A DNA stretch of 64,000 bases, from positions 367,648 through 431,647 of the forward strand of contig SMSO01000014.1 of the NCBI GenBank assembly GCA_004764695.1, given 5' to 3'. The stretch is from Schizochytrium sp. TIO01 (Eukaryota > Protista > Bigyra: Labyrinthulomycetes). This document shows, piece by piece, positions 20,745 to 29,741 of this stretch (within the stretch, counting starts at the first letter, position 1; each line of letters starts with the position of its first letter). The notes beneath the pieces are model-generated. The model worked only from the letters and a program-made list of their open reading frames with translations. It did no database searches and was not told the origin of the DNA. The translations under genes were made by a program, and so were the position numbers.

Positions 20745-21111
20745 TATCGGGTTGAATGATATACTCAACACTGGTAACACGTCGAATCGATCATCTTTTC
20801 TGCTTATTAAAGGGGGTCACGGTCAGACAAGTCGTTACGGTCGTAATCTGGAGACGATGTTGTCATCAGATATCGTAAATATGGACTTGCACTAGCCGCT
20901 GTGATTTTTAACGTCGTCCATAGGAGTAGCTAGTTAGCACAGAGTCCTGGTCGCTGCACGAAACTTAATAGTTGACTGCCTTGGGACTGAGGGTCCTTGT
21001 GGATGTGCGGATCTCCGAGCTCCAGTCTAGACCGGTTAGAAAGGCAGAGAGAAAGAGAAAGGGAGGCGAATTGTAGATAGCGAGCGCGGCGCTCGTGCCG
21101 GGGAGCGCATG

Positions 21112-21174
21112 GACAGAGTTGACGGAGTTGACGGAGTTGACGGAGTTGACGGAGTTAACGGAGTTAACGGAGTG
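21112..21174. repeat. 9-bp minisatellite (GACGGAGTT) x7
   Basis: Directly visible; the first copy is GACAGAGTT and the last two begin with AAC. Confidence 0.95.
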
Positions 21175-21558
21175 GAAGGCCTGAGGATTGGCTATGTGAT
21201 CAGCTGGTCTGCCTCAGATGCAAATGTATAACTTGCGAGCTGGCGCCTGACATGAGTGACGCATTTACCGCGGAAGCTAGGTTCTAGCAATGTGGCGAAG
21301 CGAGGCCTGTCAAAGAAGGTGAAAGAGAAAAAGATAATACCTATTTAGGTTGTTGAGGATTGGGTTCGATCGACCAGGAGTCACGACACTTGGCAAGCAG
21401 AATATATTCTGTATTCCATTATTTAAATGTAGATGAATCGAATACCAAGATGAACGTATTCAAATGATTGACGATACTGACAAGTTTTATCAACTGAAAA
21501 AAAAAAAAGACAAAACACAGAACGTCATCAACTGTGCGTATCTTTACTTGAGTTTCCA

Positions 21559-22670
21559 TCACAGAGATGTCGTGAAAGTGTCTAAGGAGGCCTTGTTCAG
21601 GGCTTCCCGATATTTTCTATTTTCCTTTTCAATTCCCAGCAAGAACTCTTCTTCTATAACCATTTTCCCGGTCTTGTGAGACCCTACCTTTCGAACAGGA
21701 TGATTGCTAGTTTGAGAAAAAATACGAAGCGGTTTATGTTCAATTTCTTTGAGAACCTGCCTGTTTGCTTTCATGGACTTAATCTTTTACCTGACGAAAT
21801 GCTGTTTACTCTTTGATCGAGCAGAAACATTGTGAATTAAAGCAAACATTTTGTTGCAAATGAAATGAAATTCCATGTCTAGTACTTCAGAGCTAGCTCC
21901 ATTTCTTAGTTGCGTCAGCACAATTTGCTTCCCAGAACTACTCTTGCGTGAGTAGATTCTAGATCCCCACCTCGAATTCTCCAACATTCGAACTTCTACA
22001 ATCGGATTAAAATCGTTTGTGCAAGCTTTCTTTGCCCCTCTATTGGCTGTCATTTTAATCATTTCGCAATTTTCATCTTCAGAGAGGGTAGGTATTGCAG
22101 AATAGCTTGTGTTATGAAGCGTGCAGAGGTTGTCTGGCACGGATGGCGAACTCAGGACAAAGAGAAAGAAGATAATATATAAGTTATTGGGGGTTTCGGG
22201 TCTGGTTACAGGCAGGATGAGTGTATGAACATGAAATTATAACTGAACGACCTTAAAGCCAGGGAAACTTCATCCACTCCAAAGATTGCCCGGTACCGAC
22301 AGTTCTTTGTGTTTCTTTTTAGGCTACAAAGAGAAGAAGCGACTGGCATTTCCGATCCCATGATAATTTTAGGATTGGCATTGTTGACACATTCCTCCCC
22401 TTTTCTGTCAGTTGATTGTGTTGATTGTGCCCATCCCATTGAAATCCGTGTGAGAACTTTCAAGAACATCGCCTTCGTTCTCAGAGTCAAGAGGATCGTT
22501 CTCAGGGTCAGGAGCATCGCTCTCAGGGTCAGGATCTTCGGTCTCAGGATCAGGATTTTCGTTCTGAGGGCCAGGAACATCAGTCGAACCTCCATCATTG
22601 CATGGAACTTCATTATTGTCGTTGGCCTCGTCCTCCGCGCTTGGACCAACAGTTAAAGCTTGGTTGGACA
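21559..22670 (-). pseudogene. Disrupted gene of unknown family (acidic repeat N-terminus; downstream ORFs split by stops and frameshifts)
   Basis: ORFs 22140..21787 and 21774..21559 are in the same frame, separated by one stop plus 4 codons. Upstream ORF MSNQALT...ENPDPETEDPDPESDAPDPENDPLDSENE looks protein-like. Confidence 0.4.
22478..22570. repeat. About 21-bp degenerate tandem repeat (CTCAGGGTCAGGA.C.TCG.T) encoding DPE/DSE acidic repeats on the minus strand
   Basis: 4-5 copies visible. Confidence 0.8.
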
Positions 22671-24357
22671 TCTCCAGTTTCAACTCAAAATGAAGTTTAA
22701 TGCTATAGAATTCAATGTTGCTGCACAGGAATAGCCACGTCCAAATAAAGTAACTATATTGCAAGTTGAAGAAAGCTATACCTGAATGGCAAAGCCCAAA
22801 CGTGGCGAAGTCCTCAAAGAGAGTGGGCTTGTGGGGGGGATAGGTGAATAACTGGGATGAGCGATCGTGGCAAAAGAGACCGCAGGGATGGAAAGGCGCC
22901 TAGATAGGTGTTTGCTTCGTTGTTGAAAGGCAACTGGCCAAGCCTGGCTCGGTTGCTGCTGCAGCGAGGCTACAAAGGTTAATCACCTTATCTTGGTTCT
23001 TCTGAAGTATAAGCAAAGAGCTGTAAAAGAATTCTACGAATCCGTTCTCTTCGGCACGAATGCCTTTGTGTGATATGGAGAGCTCGTATTACAGGAATAA
23101 GGCTTTTAAAACCAGAATTAACAGTCCTTAGGCTTTCGGATAAGAGCAAGAAGGAAGTTCAACAAGCGGTTTTGTTTCTTTAATTCTTTATTCTTTTGCT
23201 TGAATTTTAAAATATGAACAAAATTTCGATTTTACAGCAAATGGTTAACTTGTTGCTGTGACTTAAGAGACCATAAAGCTAAACAATCCAACAATTTGAC
23301 AAACTTTTCATATATGTTTGCAAAATAAACACAAATAGCCCAAAAATGAAAGGCACAAAGGTCTGACCTTCTGCACCTACAGTTTCTTCTACCATACCTG
23401 TTACTGAAAAATAATCAATAACAATTGCCAATATCAGTGCTCTTCATACCAAGCTATATGATTCTTAAAATACTTACTATTAATTATTTATGAATTTCAA
23501 ATCAAAGCCATTAGTGAAAACGTTACGATACCCTTAACTATTTTTATTTTTTTAAGAGTTTAAAAATATGGTGTGCTCTGTTACACCAGTTAACATGATG
23601 GTGGTGCCATAGTCAAAGTCAAAACATGACCTTGGTTCGTAGTCAAGATATTCATGAAATGTATTAAGAAGATATTCAAATGCACAGATTCTTGTCTCCA
23701 TTCTAATCTGAGATTTCTTTCCGAATGCTAGTTTTTTAGAAATTAAAAAAAAGGAATTAAAAGCTTTCGTTCTTTAAAAAAAAAAAAAAGGGGGAAAAAA
23801 AAAAAAAAAGAACAACTCCTATCTACAACTCTAAGCTAATTATTAAGGTGGAAAGTGATCGTACGGGACTTCCGTATTAAAAACACACGTATCCACCTTA
23901 AAAAAAGGAAATAGGTTCAAAAAGCCAAGCTCCCATGGACACGTAGGTTAAAGACCGACATATTAGAGAGATCTATGTGCACGTGCCAGCAAAGAACCGA
24001 GTAACTTTTCTTACCACCAATCAACTAACCCAAGTCTCTTCAAAGAAAAGCAATCTGATTCTGTTGACCCATTCAATCTTCATACATCGACCACCTCGCA
24101 ACCTGCTGTCAACCGCAGACTGGCTCAGGACCTCCTTTTCATGGTGTGCAGCTTGAGGTACCTCTTTGGCCTGTCTCTATTCTGGTATAGAGCTTCACAT
24201 TAAGGAAAACATGTGTCATTATTATGAAGTCAAGTGTGATAAATGCACCACGGCTTTGTGCTGGAAAAGCGAACGATGATCAGAATCACGCGACCAATCA
24301 GAAATGCAATCGATCTGACGCGTAGCCAACCGTTTGCGAGACCTTGCGTGAGCAGCA

Positions 24358-26856
24358 ATGGACCTAAACTCGCAACCAGAGGTCTCGCAGTTAGAGGTTT
24401 CGCAGTCGGAGAGGTCATGGTGGCGCCGAAGCCTGTCCAGACTTCCCCCAGCTCTGCGGTCGAGGCTTTTAGAGCTTCCACGACCTGTTCCTCAGACTGA
24501 AGGTGAAGAGCGAAGGCAAAGTAGACAACACGCACATAGAAGGAATCGTAAGAAAGGTTCTTCGCCCAACTTAGAATTCACCAACGCAGAGGAACTACGG
24601 AAGCTCTGGGATTCTGTGGTGGATGGATCTGTAGAACTTGAAGGTGAAGGAGCTTGGAAGCACGCTAGAGATGTACCGGAAAATGAACGCTTAAAGTGGA
24701 CAGTAGATCAAGTTGTTGCTTTTACAAAGAATACTATCGGCAGGAGTCGGGATGAAAAGGAATTCGAAAGTGGCCGCAATGTAGATGTTCATGACGACAT
24801 TGTCTACGTGTTTCACACAACTTCCGTAAAAATGAGCGACTTTGTAGAGGTTGTTGAGCGTGACCTCTCACCTTGCTCCCTAGTGGTACAAATTCTGCAA
24901 CACAAGCAAAGAATGTCTATACCACAATCAAACGCCCACGTTGTACTCGTCTTAAATAGTTTTCATGACTTTGAACCTTTCGAAGATCCAGGCACCATTC
25001 GGGCACTGGAATCCCTTTTCAAAGAGAAGCCGTCGTTTCAATGGGATTTACTTTATGGGTTGACATCGATCGAATCAGAACTTCACGCGGGAAACTTGGA
25101 AAAACTCAAAGAATCACTTGCAAGTCTATGTAAGCACTCGAAAGAGCGCCTACTAAGTCAATATCAGAGAGACTCTAAGAAAAAAGAAGTTTACCTGAAT
25201 GCATGGGAAAAGGTTCTTCCACAGATGGTCTCTATATGGAAGGTGCACGTTGAAAAGGCTTTTGAAGCCGCTCGAGATGAAGAGATAATTGACAGAGTCA
25301 AATTTGGAAACTTCCTGGTTGATGCAGGGCTTCTTTTGGGAGAACTGAATGATCTTCATAAAGAGTATGAGTTCGACAATCTTGATGAAGACCAAGATTA
25401 CAATGAATATGATTCTGATGACGAGGAGTATGACCAAGCATTTCCTTCGTATGGTGATGAAATTGATACAAGCACTAAAGAGGAAGAATATATTATTCGA
25501 GGTCTTTCTGTACTCCGGCCGAGAAGCTCGCCCTCTCTGGAGGATATCAACCCGTTGCGGAAGATTGCAGCTTATTATAGGAAGAAGTACTCAAGGAAAT
25601 CTCGAGTGTTTTACTTGGAAGCTCTTCGTCTATCTGAAACCTTTGCTAATGGAGAAGGTAGCACTCAACTTGATGGTCTAGCTTTGCGGAAAGAGGCAAC
25701 TCAAGCTGCTGCTGAAAGCTGGGACATGCAGGATTATTACACTATTGCCCGAGAGACTTACAACCATTATTATGAAAAACAAGGTGCTGAGGACCTTGAT
25801 ACTTTGAGAGCACATCACGAAAGTGCTCGAGCAAGCATGGTGATGGCAAAGGAAAACGAGGCCCTTGACATACTCTGGTCCACATCTGGTCTTGTTGAAA
25901 AGAATTTTCCAGGGGAAAAGTTGTTTCTTGGAGAGATATTCGCAGACATAGCAGAAACCTACCGGGCCCTTGCAGACTATACCCAAGCCCAGAGTACTCT
26001 TGATCTTGCGATGGATTTCTATGAAGCTGCACATACCAGCAATAATTCGAATTTCGAAGTTTTGCTGGGCAAGGCTAAAGCCATGGTCACGCTGAGTCGC
26101 ATCATGCGAGAAAAGGGAATGTTTAATCAAGCAACGGAAATGGCCAAAGTGGCCTTGGCAAAGCATGAAGAGATTTTGAACAACCCGAAAGATTATCGTC
26201 TCGCCTTTCCTCTCACTTTCTATGCCGAGTGTCATTTTCGAAATTTTGAATTTGAAGAGGGGCTTTCTCTGCTTCAAAGGGCTATTGACAATGTTTTGCG
26301 TCGTGTCAAGGTGCAACACTATTGGAATATAGAACTACAAGCTTGTCGTGCGCGAGCTATGGGCCATGCAGAGGTTGGACGGAATTGGGAAAGCTCCATT
26401 GGTCTAGATAGTTGCAAATCCTGGCAAAAAATTCGAAATGTACCTGAGGACCACCCTTGGCGTGGGGTACTACTCGCTAATTTGGGAAAGCTAAATAGAG
26501 ACGCGGATGAGCTTAGGACAGGTATTGCGATTCTCGAAAAGCACTTTGGGAAAAATCACTTTCGGCTAGCAGGTTATCTCTATGACCTTGGAAAGCTTCC
26601 TTTAAGTCCTGCATCTCTGGGCCGAGAAATTAATATGCAGGTCATTGATATCATTGACACGACCTTCCCGGATCAGTTACACTACCTTCGAGCATTGGCA
26701 ATTACAGAACTGGGTTTGAGATATAAAGAAGAGGGTGAGCTTGACAAAGCTCTAGTACTATTACAGGAGGCTCAGGATATGATTGTGACCATTTACTCGC
26801 CACAACACCCAAATGTTCGCAATATTCGATTCATCATACGTTCAATTGAGCATTAG
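24358..26856 (+). CDS. TPR protein (kinesin-light-chain/NPHP3-type) with an N-terminal alpha/beta domain and an acidic insert; paralogue B
   Basis: Repeats QGAEDLDT, PKDYRLA, PEDHPWR, FGKNHFRLA, YSPQHPNV; collinear motif similarity to 12997..15270. Confidence 0.8.
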   Translation: MDLNSQPEVSQLEVSQSERSWWRRSLSRLPPALRSRLLELPRPVPQTEGEERRQSRQHAHRRNRKKGSSPNLEFTNAEELRKLWDSVVDGSVELEGEGAWKHARDVPENERLKWTVDQVVAFTKNTIGRSRDEKEFESGRNVDVHDDIVYVFHTTSVKMSDFVEVVERDLSPCSLVVQILQHKQRMSIPQSNAHVVLVLNSFHDFEPFEDPGTIRALESLFKEKPSFQWDLLYGLTSIESELHAGNLEKLKESLASLCKHSKERLLSQYQRDSKKKEVYLNAWEKVLPQMVSIWKVHVEKAFEAARDEEIIDRVKFGNFLVDAGLLLGELNDLHKEYEFDNLDEDQDYNEYDSDDEEYDQAFPSYGDEIDTSTKEEEYIIRGLSVLRPRSSPSLEDINPLRKIAAYYRKKYSRKSRVFYLEALRLSETFANGEGSTQLDGLALRKEATQAAAESWDMQDYYTIARETYNHYYEKQGAEDLDTLRAHHESARASMVMAKENEALDILWSTSGLVEKNFPGEKLFLGEIFADIAETYRALADYTQAQSTLDLAMDFYEAAHTSNNSNFEVLLGKAKAMVTLSRIMREKGMFNQATEMAKVALAKHEEILNNPKDYRLAFPLTFYAECHFRNFEFEEGLSLLQRAIDNVLRRVKVQHYWNIELQACRARAMGHAEVGRNWESSIGLDSCKSWQKIRNVPEDHPWRGVLLANLGKLNRDADELRTGIAILEKHFGKNHFRLAGYLYDLGKLPLSPASLGREINMQVIDIIDTTFPDQLHYLRALAITELGLRYKEEGELDKALVLLQEAQDMIVTIYSPQHPNVRNIRFIIRSIEH

Positions 26857-27152
26857 AGCATATCCAATTGTTTAATCCAAATCAAGTATCGACTAGCACT
26901 TTCATTGCAATTACAAATAAGAATCATTTTTTACCATCGATCACCTGTTCAAGAGAGTCTTCGAAGTGCAGCTTAGTCTTCCTCGAAATAGGTTTGAGAC
27001 AAATTTAGGCGCTCTAAGGCTGAAAATTATTATAATAAGACTAATCATATCGCATCACAGCAGAACTGTCACTTTCATTACAAAAGGACTTCTACAACTT
27101 CATGGTATTGGGCAATACAACCAAACTTCCTGAGGTGAATACAAACGTTTGT

Positions 27153-28544
27153 CTACAAAGGAGGTGGGGAGAGATAAGCATCTTTAATAAAGCTATTGAC
27201 TCCGCCAGCAATATGCGATACGTTACAAGGAAGAGCGCCTAGATGTTGGCTGAGAAGACGGGCGCCTAATTTCGAATCATTTCCACGTCGACAGAATACG
27301 AGAACATCAAGCACAGCATGCGGTTGTGTCTGGTGAAGAGCCTGTATTTTGGTCTTCACAAGCTGCCTAATTTCTTCTATATGAGACTCGAGGTCATCGA
27401 AAGGGAAAAAGTGGGCTTGCACAATTTGACGAGCCTCATGCATGATCTTGGCTCGCACATCAAGTAACAAGACACGCGATGGGTCCATACACTCTACAGC
27501 GGTCCAACTTACTGTAGGTACCTTGATGTCATATATTTTGTTTGTGGGGATATTGCATGTAGCCATAAGTTTGTGCTCCTCTGCAAAGACAGCAGAATCT
27601 TTTAGCGATTGAATTGTTGGGGTATCGCCACACAGTGCACAGGTCTTTCGACGCTGAGGCGATACCTTGATCCTCCGCATACCAAGAGAACCCACATGAC
27701 CATCAAAAATGTGCACGTAATTGCCAAAATCATTACGATTTTCAGGTGCAGCGGCTAAGTATTGGATTGTCTGTAATGCTTGCATAGATCCCACAATATA
27801 TGGCACAGGGCCCAATACACCATCATCTGCGCACGAAGTTCGGTGCTCTACTGGGGAAGGTTTTGAGAAAACACATCTGTAGCAAGCACCCCCTGGCGCA
27901 AATAGGGCAACTTGACCCTCAACACCTTGCGCTGCTGCTAAGATGAAGGACTTCCCAGCCCATCTACAGGCATCGTTAATCAGGTACTTGGACATGAGAC
28001 TGTCTGTTGCCTCTACGACAAAATCGTATGCCTCCACAAGATTTCGAACATTGTCTACTTCCACAAACTCTGAATGCACATCAACGATGACTTCGGAGTT
28101 AATTTCGCGAATCTTTTGAGCCGCTGACTCGGCCTTAAGAAGGCCGACATCCCGCTCAGAATGTAAAAGCTGTCGGTGCAAGTTGGAGACCTCCACAAAA
28201 TCGCCATCAACGACTCCGATTCTACCGACGCCAGCAGCAGCAAGCAGCGAAATAACAGGGCTCCCAAGACCTCCGGCTCCCACGACCAGGACAGACGAAG
28301 ATGATAATCTTGCCTGACCACTGGCACGTATTTTAGGTAAAATATATTGCCGCTCGAATCGCAAGATAGCTGTGTCCGACAGGCCTGAGGGTGCATCTGT
28401 GCAGATCCAGCCTCGACGGAGACGACCTGGGGAGCAATTTACGCAAGATCTTTTCTTCCTACGCATCAAGACTGCAGCAGCAAGCGCCAAAACTGTAAAC
28501 GAAAACGCAGCAGCACTGTTTGAGGTCACCAGCATCTTCATCAA
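27153..28544 (-). CDS. MOCS3: Adenylyltransferase/sulfurtransferase MOCS3/UBA4 (ThiF/MoeB + rhodanese)
   Basis: VLVVGAGGLGSP, DGDFVEVSNLHRQ, CYRC and CALC zinc ligands, SCADDGVLGP, rhodanese active loop FCRRGNDS. Confidence 0.92.
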   Translation of the reverse strand: MMKMLVTSNSAAAFSFTVLALAAAVLMRRKKRSCVNCSPGRLRRGWICTDAPSGLSDTAILRFERQYILPKIRASGQARLSSSSVLVVGAGGLGSPVISLLAAAGVGRIGVVDGDFVEVSNLHRQLLHSERDVGLLKAESAAQKIREINSEVIVDVHSEFVEVDNVRNLVEAYDFVVEATDSLMSKYLINDACRWAGKSFILAAAQGVEGQVALFAPGGACYRCVFSKPSPVEHRTSCADDGVLGPVPYIVGSMQALQTIQYLAAAPENRNDFGNYVHIFDGHVGSLGMRRIKVSPQRRKTCALCGDTPTIQSLKDSAVFAEEHKLMATCNIPTNKIYDIKVPTVSWTAVECMDPSRVLLLDVRAKIMHEARQIVQAHFFPFDDLESHIEEIRQLVKTKIQALHQTQPHAVLDVLVFCRRGNDSKLGARLLSQHLGALPCNVSHIAGGVNSFIKDAYLSPPPL

Positions 28545-28955
28545 ACGACGAACCAGCCCACTAGCACCACTACCCCAAAAAACTCCACCAAGATTTAGTC
28601 AAACAGGTAACCCAGAGTACCAGAGCAACCCTCGCCAGGCCGAAAGTCCAGGCCACCTGGAGGCGCAGTGGGGTGTTGATTTGCCGCAGCGAGAAGATTG
28701 ATTGAGTTCTTGAACCAAAAACACTCCTAGGAAGGTCATACTACCAAGTACCTGCTCTATAGAATTGCTTTTAAAAAACAAATAGCTTAAATTTTTTTAA
28801 TCAAATAGAACGTTCTTGTACAGGAGAACGACTTGCATTCAAGAAACCTGCACAGAAACAAACTTCAAACAAAGCGGGCTTCGGGAAGTGGTCTCGAAGA
28901 AGACATTGAGGTGCTACGCGAAGGAAATTAGCAACAAAAAAAGGATACAATCGCA

Positions 28956-29741
28956 ATGTCGGGACTACTTCAGGCTGGCAGAACGTTTCGTGCGGCGCCA
29001 ATGATGAAGAAGATGATGACATCGAAGGCGACGATGAGCGGGCTTGCACGAGGCAAGAGCTTAGGACTCTTCAGTGGTGCTGCTGCAAACTGCAACGGAC
29101 GCGTGGCGAGACACAGTCTTGGTGCTGCTTATGCGAATGTCACAGGTGTGCGTGCCCTGAGCGGCGGTAAGCACCCCGAAGTAACTATCGGCGACGAAAC
29201 AGACCTGAAGAAAAAACTGCAGCCTCTCGCTCCGCAAGCGCTCGACGACGTCGTCAAGGTTGAGCTCTTCCAGGACAAGGAAGCAGTGGAGGTCTCCACC
29301 ATCTGGAACGCGTACCATGCAGAGAAAAAGTCTGCTGTGGCTTCAACTATGTCCGCATCGGAGTGGCAAACTTTTAGCTCAAGGCTGGACCAGAATCCAA
29401 TGTTTATCTTCCCCGTGAAAAAGGGCGACGGCGCCTTTTTTGTGCTCTTTGCGGAGTGGAAAGAAAACACCATGCTGCTGACGTTTCTTCAAGACTACCA
29501 GAGAAACCCAGCAACTGCCGAGCCGTACTTTTATGTTCGTGCTTACCCCGATTTTGCTCAGGAGAAAGATCTTGTACTACTGAGGGGAGAGTTTTTGCCA
29601 TACCTCACCAAGCCAGAAGCCGAAACACTGCTCAATGATGTGCTCGAGTTTTATCTCAAGGATTCCAAGAAATTTGATCAGGTTAGAATCTTCAATCACC
29701 AGAGTCATATGTTTGACTTTAACGCCGTCTTTGGTCTATAA
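28956..29741 (+). CDS. ATP11: Mitochondrial F1-ATPase assembly chaperone ATP11/ATPAF1
   Basis: R/K/M/A-rich presequence; LDDVVKVEL...IWNAYH, PMFIFPV, LLTFLQDYQ..PATAEPY, EKDLVLLRGE, FY...VRIFNH....FDF match the ATP11 family pattern. Confidence 0.88.
   Translation: MSGLLQAGRTFRAAPMMKKMMTSKATMSGLARGKSLGLFSGAAANCNGRVARHSLGAAYANVTGVRALSGGKHPEVTIGDETDLKKKLQPLAPQALDDVVKVELFQDKEAVEVSTIWNAYHAEKKSAVASTMSASEWQTFSSRLDQNPMFIFPVKKGDGAFFVLFAEWKENTMLLTFLQDYQRNPATAEPYFYVRAYPDFAQEKDLVLLRGEFLPYLTKPEAETLLNDVLEFYLKDSKKFDQVRIFNHQSHMFDFNAVFGL

Noticed and set aside
21112-21174. Short repeat arrays here and at 57091-57150 as CRISPR-like
   Set aside because: Head-to-tail repeats without unique spacers, no cas genes, eukaryotic context.
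21345-21385. GGGTTCGATC T-loop-like motif as a tRNA or SINE
   Set aside because: No cloverleaf or matching A box could be built.
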